64,000 nt of DNA from an uncultured Gammaproteobacteria bacterium (GTDB lineage Bacteria; Patescibacteriota; Patescibacteriia; UBA11705): positions 77,240 through 141,239 of the forward strand of contig CAZQEI010000002.1 of the NCBI GenBank assembly GCA_964592195.1. The letters are read 5' to 3'. The notes under the pieces are model-generated. The model did not search any database. It was not told the DNA's origin and was given only the letters and a program-made list of their open reading frames with translations. The translations under genes were made by a program, and so were the position numbers. This document shows positions 48,427 to 57,095 of the stretch, piece after piece. How positions within the stretch are numbered: the first letter of the stretch is position 1; each line of letters opens with the position of its first letter.

Positions 48427-49075
48427 TAGCTGAAACTTTTAACGAAGCATGATCAGGATCAATTTCAAATTTTACATTTCCTGTTTCTAATGCTTTTTTC
48501 ACTGAATCCAACATTGCCAACTCATCTTGAGCTTGTTTTCTATATCTTTCCAAAGAATCTTCATATCTTTCCGGATTCGCTTGCATATCTCTCAAAGTGT
48601 TTTCTCGTGTCGCTCGCATATAGGCCTCAACTGTCCGCGCCACCGCTTTCTTCTCATCAACAGTCACTCCTTGCCATAAATCCTGACTTGTTTTTTGTTG
48701 CTCATCTTTGGCAGGTAAAAAACGGTACAATTTGGGACGGAGAGGCTGGACGCTATATCTAATCCGAGAAGAAATAGTTGAATCTAATTTTTTCGGAATT
48801 ATATTTATATCGATCCAAATACCATAAAATTTATTTGCGCCCATTAACCCGGTAAATTCAACTTTTTCATAAGCGTCAATACTCTCAATAGCATGCCCGC
48901 TATGTTCTATAATCTTCGCCAAGACACCACTACCTTTTAACATAAGAAAAATAATACCTGCCGCACGGTTACATTTTTCTTCCTCCGTGGCCTGCGATTC
49001 TAAGCCTTGGCCTAAATTTTTAAAAACATTATAAAAACTCTGGACTGGATTCTTCATAATAAAAATATTGCGCAT
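48422..49075 (-). CDS. hypothetical protein
   Basis: 217 aa; exactly bracketed by 33-nt direct repeats; the annotated ATG lies inside the right repeat. Confidence 0.4.
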   Translation of the reverse strand: MRNIFIMKNPVQSFYNVFKNLGQGLESQATEEEKCNRAAGIIFLMLKGSGVLAKIIEHSGHAIESIDAYEKVEFTGLMGANKFYGIWIDINIIPKKLDSTISSRIRYSVQPLRPKLYRFLPAKDEQQKTSQDLWQGVTVDEKKAVARTVEAYMRATRENTLRDMQANPERYEDSLERYRKQAQDELAMLDSVKKALETGNVKFEIDPDHASLKVSAK

Positions 49076-49093
49076 TACTGCGGTAAATGTTAT
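49061..49093 (+). repeat. 33-nt direct repeat (right copy)
   Basis: Identical to 48394..48426. Confidence 0.9.
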
Positions 49094-49311
49094 GATTTTT
49101 TTATCAACAGTAACCTTTCAAAATATTTTTCACCGAAATTTCCAAATTTTAACTGCAAATTGTCAAAATTTCGTCAGTTTATAACCAATAAACCTCCTCA
49201 ATTTTTACAATTTTCGTTTAGAAAATTTTTAAATCTCGCTGTAATAAACATTTTAAAAGCTTCCTGTTATATTATACAGGAAAATAAACAAAATCGGAAA
49301 TCTAACGAATT

Positions 49312-51360
49312 ATGGAATTTAAGCTAAAATCTGATTACAAACCAGCTGGGGATCAACCAAAAGCGATTGATCAACTGATTTTTGGTTTGGGAAAGAAGCA
49401 ACGGCATCAAACTTTGTTGGGCGTCACCGGTTCAGGCAAGACGTTTACAATTGCAAATGTAATTAACAAAGTGCAAGAACCAACGCTAGTCATTGCCCAC
49501 AATAAAACGCTGGCTGCTCAGTTATGTAATGAATTTCGTGAATTCTTCCCAGAAAATGCGGTCGAATATTTTGTTAGTTACTATGACTATTATCAACCCG
49601 AAGCTTATATTCCTTCTTCCGATACTTACATTGAAAAAGAATCACAAATTAACGAAGAGATTGATCGACTGCGCCATGCCTGCACACAGTCTTTACTTTC
49701 ACGAAAAGATGTAATTGTTGTAGCGTCAGTTTCCGCGATTTACAATCTTGGTTCACCTCGGGAATATGAAAGCGTACTATTACACTTTGAGCAAAATCAA
49801 AAAATCGATCGGCGCGAAATGTTAGAAAAATTGGTAGCCATGCAATTCAATCGAACGAACAGTGACTTGTTACGTGGCACTTTTCGATTAACCGGCCAAA
49901 TATTGGAAGTGATGCCAGTAAATGAAGAAACCATTTTCCGATTTGAAATTGCAGAAAAAATTGTTAGTATTGAAAAAATCGATCCAGTTAGTCGCAATGT
50001 CATTACCACTGTTCACGATGTCTGGTTATTCCCAGCTAAACATTATGTTTTAAATCCCGACGTACGTGATCGTGCGTTTGAAAAAATCAAAGGAGAATTG
50101 GATGAGCGTTTAGTAGAATTCAACAAAGAAGGTAAATTGCTGGAAGCTGAAAGATTAAGCCGCAGAACACGATATGATTTGGAGATGATTAAAAATGTAG
50201 GCTTTTGCAGTGGCATTGAAAACTATTCTTTATATTTTGAAGAACGAGAACGCGGCACTCCCCCATTTACATTATTAGATTACTTCAAAGAGTGTTCTCC
50301 GGATTTTTTAACTGTGGTCGATGAATCGCACGTGACATTACCGCAAATTCGCGGCATGTATTTTGGTGACCGCTCAAGAAAAGATACTTTAGTGGAACAT
50401 GGTTTTCGTTTACCGAGCGCCAAAGATAATCGACCGTTAACCTTTGACGAATTCCACGAACGAGTTAACCAAATGATTTTTGTTTCTGCCACACCAGCTG
50501 ATTTAGAATACAAAATTTCCGATCAAATCGTAGAACAAATCGTTCGTCCAACTGGATTAATTGACCCAGAAGTAATTATTAAACCAGTAACAGCAGATCA
50601 AAATAGTCCATCCCAAATTGATGATTTAATGGATCGCATTCATGATCGTGTTGAGAAAAATGAACGTTGTCTGGTTACAACATTAACTAAAAAGATGGCC
50701 GAGGATTTAACTGATTATTTAAAAAAGAAAAACATCAAAGTCAGTTATTTGCATAGCGACATTGATACGCTGGAAAGAATTCAAATCATCACCGATCTTC
50801 GTAAAGGAGAAATCGAAGTCATCGTCGGGGTTAATTTACTGCGTGAAGGTTTAGACATGCCTGAAGTTTCGTTAGTGGCTATTCTCGACGGTGACAAAGA
50901 AGGTTTCTTGAGAAATGATACTAGCTTGATTCAAACCATCGGACGCGCGGCGCGTAATGCGAACGGACAAGTATTAATTTACGCTGATAGAATTACTGAT
51001 TCAATCAAACGTGCACTAGAAGAAACCAATCGTCGTAGAATTATTCAATTACAATATAATAAAGATCACGGGATAACGCCGAAGACGATTGAGAAAGCGA
51101 TTAAGAATATTCTTGAGGAATTTGGGCTGACTGCTGGGAAGAATAAAGAAAGAAAGCAAGAAAACAAGAAAACAAATAACGCATTGAAAATTGAATTAGA
51201 AGTGGACAAGAGACCGGTGGCGGAAATTATTAAAGAAAAAGAAAAGCAGATGAAAGAGGCGGCGAAGGCGTTGGAGTTTGAGTTGGCGGCACTGTTGAGG
51301 GATGAGTTGCGGGAGTTGAAGAATAAGAAAGCAAGTCCCGCAAAACGGGATCCCGCCTAG
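49312..51360 (+). CDS. uvrB: excinuclease ABC subunit B
   Basis: 682 aa; GVTGSGKT Walker A, helicase motifs, beta-hairpin, C-terminal UVR domain; the last 9 codons lie within a repeat element. Confidence 0.95.
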   Translation: MEFKLKSDYKPAGDQPKAIDQLIFGLGKKQRHQTLLGVTGSGKTFTIANVINKVQEPTLVIAHNKTLAAQLCNEFREFFPENAVEYFVSYYDYYQPEAYIPSSDTYIEKESQINEEIDRLRHACTQSLLSRKDVIVVASVSAIYNLGSPREYESVLLHFEQNQKIDRREMLEKLVAMQFNRTNSDLLRGTFRLTGQILEVMPVNEETIFRFEIAEKIVSIEKIDPVSRNVITTVHDVWLFPAKHYVLNPDVRDRAFEKIKGELDERLVEFNKEGKLLEAERLSRRTRYDLEMIKNVGFCSGIENYSLYFEERERGTPPFTLLDYFKECSPDFLTVVDESHVTLPQIRGMYFGDRSRKDTLVEHGFRLPSAKDNRPLTFDEFHERVNQMIFVSATPADLEYKISDQIVEQIVRPTGLIDPEVIIKPVTADQNSPSQIDDLMDRIHDRVEKNERCLVTTLTKKMAEDLTDYLKKKNIKVSYLHSDIDTLERIQIITDLRKGEIEVIVGVNLLREGLDMPEVSLVAILDGDKEGFLRNDTSLIQTIGRAARNANGQVLIYADRITDSIKRALEETNRRRIIQLQYNKDHGITPKTIEKAIKNILEEFGLTAGKNKERKQENKKTNNALKIELEVDKRPVAEIIKEKEKQMKEAAKALEFELAALLRDELRELKNKKASPAKRDPA

Positions 51361-51366
51361 CGGGAA
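51335..51366. repeat. TCCCG/CGGGA double-hairpin element (copy 2), forming the uvrB C-terminus and stop
   Basis: gtcccgcaaaacgggatcccgcctagcggga encodes ...SPAKRDPA*. Confidence 0.8.
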
Positions 51367-51529
51367 AAGCAATAAAGCAAAAAACAATTCCATACTACGG
51401 AAAAGATGGATTGGAATTAAGAATTAGGAATTAAGGGGAAAAGGATTAGCGACTAGGGACTAGGAATTAGGTATGAGGTATGTTGGATGAGGTACTGGCG
51501 GCTAGGGGCATGGGATGATTGACTTAATT

Positions 51530-51570
51530 GAGATTGCCACGTCCCGATAAATCGGGACTCGCAAAAGAGG
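51530..51570 (+). repeat. GAGATTGCCACG-hairpin-CTCGCAAAAGAG element, copy E
   Basis: gagattgccacg-tcccgataaatcggga-ctcgcaaaagagg; followed by TTGACA-17-TAAGAT. Confidence 0.85.
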
Positions 51571-51660
51571 TAGTCTAAAAAATTGACAAAGACGGTGGAA
51601 TTAAATAAGATAAAGCCAAGTTCTTTAGCAACCAATAACCACAAACCAAAGGAGATCTTC

Positions 51661-52230
51661 ATGAGTGATGAAGGAAAACAAGAAAAACATACATTATCCA
51701 TTGCCCAAATATTTCAGTTCGAAGGTGCTTCTCGATTGAAAAATCCAAGATCAAATAAACAAGAAGCGGCTAACGTGTTGAAAATTGGGAAAGAAATCAA
51801 GCGACGCCAACGATTGGCGGAAAAGATTTCTAAACGAATTGAAAGAATGACCAGATCGCTACGCAATGAATTGTTCGAAGTGCAACAAGATATTGCCAAG
51901 TTGAATCAGCTTCAAATGTTAGCCACGAAAAAAACGTTCGCGACTTTTAAGGAACTACTCGAAGCTTGTTTCCCGGAGCATACGATCGTTCAAGATGGCG
52001 CAAGCTACTACGCCGATGAAGTAAAGCCAGAAAATTTTATTGCCAAGGATGAAAAAAATTACTTCATGAATTTCACTTATCACTACTGTCCGCATTGCGG
52101 TTATGTAGTGGGAGCGGCGAGGGAACAAAAGTTTGATGATATCGAATTACTGTCCGGCAGTGCTGGAAAACATTATTTTTGCAGTTTGTGTGATAGACAA
52201 ATTCACACTGAGACGTTTGTTCAAAGTTAA
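51661..52230 (+). CDS. hypothetical protein with C-terminal zinc ribbon
   Basis: AAGGAG RBS 7 nt before the ATG at 51661 (the ORF track opens earlier at 51583); basic coiled-coil region; CPHCG...CSLC. Confidence 0.45.
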   Translation: MSDEGKQEKHTLSIAQIFQFEGASRLKNPRSNKQEAANVLKIGKEIKRRQRLAEKISKRIERMTRSLRNELFEVQQDIAKLNQLQMLATKKTFATFKELLEACFPEHTIVQDGASYYADEVKPENFIAKDEKNYFMNFTYHYCPHCGYVVGAAREQKFDDIELLSGSAGKHYFCSLCDRQIHTETFVQS

Positions 52231-52237
52231 AAAATAA

Positions 52238-52263
52238 TTCTAGGGGAAAACCCTAGTTTTTTA
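52238..52263 (+). terminator. rho-independent terminator
   Basis: ctagggg-aaaa-ccctag hairpin followed by ttttttatt. Confidence 0.8.
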
Positions 52264-52413
52264 TTACCAATATACTGATTAATTACCCCGAAGGTGGCCA
52301 TTTGGGACTGATTTTACACCTGCCGACAGGCAAGGATTGTTCCGGATATTTAAAATTAAATTAATACAGAACTGCAAAAAAACAAAAAACAGGAGTAATA
52401 TCCTGTTGTTTAA

Positions 52414-52992
52414 TTATACCGGGAACCACTGATTCATCTTGCGAGCAATAGCGCACAAATTTTGTAAGACAACTTCTTTCTCGTTGATCAATTGGAATCT
52501 GATTTTGTAATCACCTTCTTCGATCAGCTCACCACCTTCGATTAATGGCACTGCAAATCGTCTTAAATAATTCATATCACCGCAAAACCGACGATGATAA
52601 TTAATGACTTTCGGACTCTCAGTCAAGCTCATTAATTCTATAGATACATTGATAGTCAGTGTATGTATCAGTTTTCTCTCATCTGTTTCAGCCTTCACTT
52701 CAACAATAATTATTTTGCCCAGCAAATCAACATAGTCGGTATATTGCTGGCATCCAAGATCTTCGGCCGAATAAATAGCGGGAAAACCAAATTCGTTATC
52801 ACACAAATAACGTTTATCGAAATCTTGAAGAGTGTAAAAACCCAAATGTCCGACTACAAATCGCTGTTCAAAAAATTTTACCAATTCAGCGACATCAACC
52901 GGACAATAATGTTCGTGGGAAATACAAACATTTTCATCCTCAAATGTCATGTCGCACTTATTACAGAGGTGGACGACCTTTTTATTGGGCAT
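52414..52992 (-). CDS. hypothetical protein with N-terminal zinc-finger-like motif
   Basis: 192 aa; CNKCDMTFEDENVCISHEHYC. Confidence 0.4.
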   Translation of the reverse strand: MPNKKVVHLCNKCDMTFEDENVCISHEHYCPVDVAELVKFFEQRFVVGHLGFYTLQDFDKRYLCDNEFGFPAIYSAEDLGCQQYTDYVDLLGKIIIVEVKAETDERKLIHTLTINVSIELMSLTESPKVINYHRRFCGDMNYLRRFAVPLIEGGELIEEGDYKIRFQLINEKEVVLQNLCAIARKMNQWFPV

Positions 52993-53115
52993 GGTTTATG
53001 TCCTTTGTTAATGAGCAAGGGTATCTTATAGTTAAAAAAACAAAAAAGCAAGAAAACAAGAAAGCAAAAAAATAAAAAAACAATACAGGGCTACCGATGC
53101 TACTGATATTTATTT

Positions 53116-53154
53116 GAGATTGCCACGTCCCGCTTTGCGGGACTCGCAAAAGAG
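53116..53154 (+). repeat. GAGATTGCCACG-hairpin-CTCGCAAAAGAG element, copy F
   Basis: gagattgccacg-tcccgctttgcggga-ctcgcaaaagag. Confidence 0.85.
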
Positions 53155-53219
53155 TGAAAATAGGAAAATACACCCCTTGGAATAATAAAAAAAATCCCGA
53201 GATTATCGGGATGATTTAA

Positions 53220-54026
53220 TTAGAGCAATTGATGGGACAAAGGAACGTAGGTAAGAACGAGGAAACAGTTGGTCATTTTGAATTCTTCATTGGAGAAAAT
53301 GTTGGGATTATCAATCAATGCTTGATTGGTTTCGTTTCGGAAGTGATGTTCGTCAGCATAAATATCATGAGCCACGATCTTTTTCCAATTGTCATTGATT
53401 AAAGTATTGGCCATAACACTAAACACTCGAGCAAAAGATTCAACCTTATCACCCAGACTCTCTTCAATCATTTGTTCAAGGTTGCCTGAGGCAACCTCAA
53501 ACTTTGCTTCCAAAGCAATATCCACTCCCCTATTTTCAATCACAATTCTACCCAGAGAAACGTTGCAATTGAAACTGGAAGACAACGAAATCGTTTCGGA
53601 AATCAAGTTTTGATCAACAATAGTACCTTCTTCATACAAATAGACCAATCGTTTATGCGAATCGATAATACCAACTCGAGTCTTGTTTTCATCTTCGAAC
53701 TTCAATGCCACTAACTTATAAGTACACCCAATGAGAAACATGGCTGTAAACACTACGGCAACAACACTGATTATGATAAAGACAGACGAGGACGCAAAGG
53801 CAAAAAATGAAATATATCTGGACAACCTCAAGATTAAGACAATAACCCATACCAGGATGACCCAGACTATCAGTTTTGGCATATACTTCTCAAATATATT
53901 CCCCGCATGAGTGGAACGAGAAAGCTGAGTATATATTTCAGCCGCTTTAACTTCCGTCACCGGTTCATAACTTCCGATAGCTACGATGGTATCAGGCATG
54001 CGAGCCTCCTTTTTCCTGTGATTCAA
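53220..54026 (-). CDS. membrane protein (two TM helices plus C-terminal soluble domain)
   Basis: 268 aa; overlaps the upstream gene by 35 nt. Confidence 0.4.
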   Translation of the reverse strand: MNHRKKEARMPDTIVAIGSYEPVTEVKAAEIYTQLSRSTHAGNIFEKYMPKLIVWVILVWVIVLILRLSRYISFFAFASSSVFIIISVVAVVFTAMFLIGCTYKLVALKFEDENKTRVGIIDSHKRLVYLYEEGTIVDQNLISETISLSSSFNCNVSLGRIVIENRGVDIALEAKFEVASGNLEQMIEESLGDKVESFARVFSVMANTLINDNWKKIVAHDIYADEHHFRNETNQALIDNPNIFSNEEFKMTNCFLVLTYVPLSHQLL

Positions 54027-54714
54027 TTTTCTTCAAAGTGAGAACCATCCCCTTCTGACTCAGACATTCGAAAATGCGACGGCTCAGATTGTTCTGCTTA
54101 TCGAAATATTCCTGGTCAAAATTAGCCGACTTCACTCTCTCCACCGATAATGAGTGAATGGCTTTCATGTCCGCCAACAGATCATCGGGAAAGAATCCTT
54201 CAGTATTCTTCAGATGATTAAAATCATACAAGTGATTAAAAACCGAATACATAATTGAAGTAATCAGATGTTCCTGGCTTTCAACATTAGCACGAATTAC
54301 ATCAGTAGCATTTGCCATTCTACACGGGATAATTGGTACCTGAATTTTCTGACCCGGCTCAAACAAACAGGCGGGAATAATCTGACCCAAGAACAAATGT
54401 TTATCTTGCAACTGACTCAAAAAACCCAGAATTGCTTCATGAAGCTCTGCTTCACTCGGATATCTAATTAACTGAATAAATAGATCACACATTCCGCTAT
54501 GAGGATCGCTAGGATAAGTTTTGTAGCCAATAGTTCCCACTTGATCGCCATCAGCATCGACAACAATCGCGCGATGATTCTTTTCCCGGTCATAATCATG
54601 CATGTCTGCCAGAGCAAACCAATCCAAGGCATCGAATGGGATACCTGCGAGCTCAAATAGTGTTAACCCATTTTTTTCAATGACTTTGATCTCGACATGA
54701 CCAAGGTCGGGCAT
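53992..54714 (-). CDS. hypothetical protein
   Basis: 240 aa; AGGAGA RBS upstream; no recognisable motif. Confidence 0.4.
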   Translation of the reverse strand: MPDLGHVEIKVIEKNGLTLFELAGIPFDALDWFALADMHDYDREKNHRAIVVDADGDQVGTIGYKTYPSDPHSGMCDLFIQLIRYPSEAELHEAILGFLSQLQDKHLFLGQIIPACLFEPGQKIQVPIIPCRMANATDVIRANVESQEHLITSIMYSVFNHLYDFNHLKNTEGFFPDDLLADMKAIHSLSVERVKSANFDQEYFDKQNNLSRRIFECLSQKGMVLTLKKIESQEKGGSHA

Positions 54715-54771
54715 GGGGGTCTCCTGTTGATGGGTTTTGGTAACTGGGTGCTGGAAGCGAGAGAAAGAAAG

Positions 54772-54801
54772 CCCGCCAGAGGCGGATCAGCCTCCGGCTG
54801 A
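54772..54801. repeat. 30-nt double-hairpin element (CGCC-aga-GGCG + CAGCC-tcc-GGCTG), copy 4
   Basis: cccgccagaggcggatcagcctccggctga; other copies at 14394..14422, 14463..14492 and 16103..16132 (the tRNA-embedded ones). Confidence 0.8.
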
Positions 54802-54928
54802 CAAGAAAACAAATAACTGATTGTCAAAGGACTGATGAATTTAACATATTTGATAGGGAAAGTCAAAAAGAAATAGCGAACAGCGATTAGCGGTAAGCGC
54901 ATAGGGTTGAAAACTAGCAAGGATAGCA

Positions 54929-54975
54929 GTGTCGCCCTTCGAGGGTTTGCTCATCGCAAACCACCTCAGGGTGAC
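54929..54975. promoter_or_regulatory. long imperfect palindrome ending 9 nt before a TTGACA-17-TAATAT promoter
   Basis: tgtcgcccttcgagggtttg-ctcatcgc-caaaccacctcagggtgaca; second copy at 56963..57014. Confidence 0.65.
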
Positions 54976-54984
54976 ATTATATAA

Positions 54985-55013
54985 TTGACAATAAGGCAAA
55001 GGTATATTAATAT
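54985..55013 (+). promoter_or_regulatory. sigma-70-like promoter (TTGACA-17-TAATAT)
   Basis: attgaca-ataaggcaaaggtatat-taatat upstream of 55082..55963. Confidence 0.5.
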
Positions 55014-55081
55014 GCAATATTGCCTGTAAATTGACAAATGAACCAACAACAACAACGCCGTGAAGGCGTGGAGGAGGTCGC

Positions 55082-55963
55082 ATGAGTCCACGATTTGCGA
55101 TTACGACGGACGTACACTTGGATCGAGAGGTTATTGATGTTTTGACGACCAAACCTGAAGAGGTGTCATTTGAAACACTTTTGGCTAAGGCGAATGAAGT
55201 ACTGACCAGTTTATTGAAGAGTCATGCGTTCAAAGAATATCTCAAAACTTGTGAAAAAGGGCAACAATCTAATGATGTGAATTTATTTCTCGATGGTTGG
55301 GGAAATAGAATGGTGATTCGTGATGACCAAATACAAATCTTTAAAGCTGGGAAAATTTTACCACTGAAGACAGAGGCAGATCTTATCGATTTTGAAGACA
55401 CCGCTGATCTACTCATTGCCTTGCGACAACTGCAAACAGTCAGTACCTTTATTCGACGTGTTCAATTTTGTGGCCATGGCGTATTAAACATGAGGATGGT
55501 TGAAAGTTGGAAAAAGGAAATGTTTAGGAATGGTGAGATTCGGATTGCCGGAGTTAGTATGAACACTAGTAGTGTTAACAATGTATCTCATGAACTAATG
55601 CACCGATTGCATAAAATGCAGTTCACGCCCAGCATGGCGAGTTATAATACTATTTCCATTGATGACCAACATTCGCTACTTAATTTCGTCAAATACGCTG
55701 AGGATAAAAATATTCCCTACTTAGTAATCTTTGACCTGTGGCCGAGCGATGCCTTGGCTATCAATATGTTGTTCAATCGTTTTTCTGATTCGCAACGAAG
55801 ACATGTTTTTGCATTGTATCACCTCACTAAAGAGACGGTAAAGCAAGATGGTTATGACCCGGAGCTGGTAAACAAGGTTAACATCGACGATCTCGTTGGT
55901 TGGGATAATAATCATTTGTTGGGTCTGGTGGAAGAAATGAACCCCGAAAAGCAGGAGGGTTAA
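55082..55963 (+). CDS. hypothetical protein with HExxH-like motif (paralog 1 of a tandem pair)
   Basis: 293 aa; GGAGGAGG RBS; VSHELMHRLH; N-terminal TTDVHLDREVIDVL and central KANEVL blocks shared with the next ORF. Confidence 0.45.
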   Translation: MSPRFAITTDVHLDREVIDVLTTKPEEVSFETLLAKANEVLTSLLKSHAFKEYLKTCEKGQQSNDVNLFLDGWGNRMVIRDDQIQIFKAGKILPLKTEADLIDFEDTADLLIALRQLQTVSTFIRRVQFCGHGVLNMRMVESWKKEMFRNGEIRIAGVSMNTSSVNNVSHELMHRLHKMQFTPSMASYNTISIDDQHSLLNFVKYAEDKNIPYLVIFDLWPSDALAINMLFNRFSDSQRRHVFALYHLTKETVKQDGYDPELVNKVNIDDLVGWDNNHLLGLVEEMNPEKQEG

Positions 55964-56857
55964 ATGAGCCGACCGAAAATTCAACAAACAACTGATGTTG
56001 TGATCGACAATGTTTTGCGAGAAATTCTTTTTCCGAAAAAGCAAAACAGAGAACCGCAATCATTACTACGTCTATGGTTTAAGGCAAATGAAGTTTTTGG
56101 AAAACTAACAAACAGCAAATTTTTCGTTCAAATCCTGGAAAATTGTCGACAATCTCTAGAATCTGATGACATAAGAATTTGTTTGGAAGAACCATACGGT
56201 GTAAATATTACTATCAAAAATACTTTGGAATTGATCCATTGGCCTGAATTGACTTGTCCGTTTATTACAATTACGGATCTTTCAACGATTAAAGAGTTTG
56301 AACACATTGATTCCCTATGTAAGCTTCTGGAGCAATGGCAAACAACTGAAAGTTTCTTCAGATATTTCTGCAATATGTTCATTCCCAGAATTGATTTTAC
56401 TGAAGATGATATGTTGAATGAAGCGATAGTCAATGGGGTAATTCATGTGATTACTATTTACCCTAAAGAGGAAAGCCCTCAAATTAAATCTAGAGTTTGG
56501 GAATTGATTGATAGGCTTAAGGCATTGCAATTCAAGGTTTTTGATCGGGGAATCTTTACCTCAGTTTCCACACCGGAAGTTTTCAAAGCTTTTGTTAACG
56601 AGATTAAAGCAGCAGGACATAATTATATAATCGTTTTTGACACAACGCCGTCTGGCGCGAAGGAACTCAATCCGTATTGCAATGCCCTCGAGGAAGCTAA
56701 GGATATTCTCCATATGATTTGTCACTGGGGAGATAAAGAGCCAAACCGAAACTGTGGCTATCCTAAATGGTTAGTGACTGGTCCGGATCTCAAAAAGATT
56801 CTCTTTATGAATGATTTTGAATATAGTCTGTTCATTGAAGATATGGACAAACCGTAA
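55964..56857 (+). CDS. hypothetical protein (paralog 2, no HExxH)
   Basis: 297 aa; ATG follows the upstream stop with no intergenic gap; TTDVVIDNVLREIL, KANEVF, YIIVFDTTPSGA correspond to blocks in paralog 1. Confidence 0.45.
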   Translation: MSRPKIQQTTDVVIDNVLREILFPKKQNREPQSLLRLWFKANEVFGKLTNSKFFVQILENCRQSLESDDIRICLEEPYGVNITIKNTLELIHWPELTCPFITITDLSTIKEFEHIDSLCKLLEQWQTTESFFRYFCNMFIPRIDFTEDDMLNEAIVNGVIHVITIYPKEESPQIKSRVWELIDRLKALQFKVFDRGIFTSVSTPEVFKAFVNEIKAAGHNYIIVFDTTPSGAKELNPYCNALEEAKDILHMICHWGDKEPNRNCGYPKWLVTGPDLKKILFMNDFEYSLFIEDMDKP

Positions 56858-56962
56858 AAATTTAACAGCTGGAAATCGGCTGTTTTTTCATTACGGATAT
56901 ACGGATTTGTTACCGATATTACCGATTTTACTGATTACTGAGGTGGGAGCGATGGATGGGAT

Positions 56963-57014
56963 TGTCGCCCCTCGAGGGTTTTGTCCTTTGGTCAAAACCA
57001 CCTCGGGGTGACAA
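56963..57014. promoter_or_regulatory. long imperfect palindrome (second copy) ending 8 nt before a TTGACA-17-TAAATT promoter
   Basis: ttgtcgcccctcgagggttttg-tcctttggt-caaaaccacctcggggtgacaa; both arms carry the same extra T relative to copy 1. Confidence 0.65.
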
Positions 57015-57022
57015 TTTGCGCA

Positions 57023-57051
57023 TTGACAAAAATGGCAAAATTGGATAAATT
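57023..57051 (+). promoter_or_regulatory. sigma-70-like promoter (TTGACA-17-TAAATT)
   Basis: ttgaca-aaaatggcaaaattgga-taaatt upstream of the HAD gene. Confidence 0.5.
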
Positions 57052-57095
57052 AATTATTACAAACTGTTCTTTCAATCCAACAAAAAGGAGAGAGG

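Noticed and set aside
51583-51660. Longer start (51583) for the Zn-ribbon protein 51661..52230
   Set aside because: The upstream extension overlaps the promoter-like TTGACA-17-TAAGAT and element copy E. A good AAGGAG RBS precedes the ATG at 51661.
54663-55152. ORFs 54663..54920(-) and 54841..55152(-) spanning the intergenic region upstream of 55082..55963
   Set aside because: They cover the double-hairpin repeat, the long palindrome and the promoter, and they overlap the RBS-supported + strand gene start. Their translations are low-complexity.
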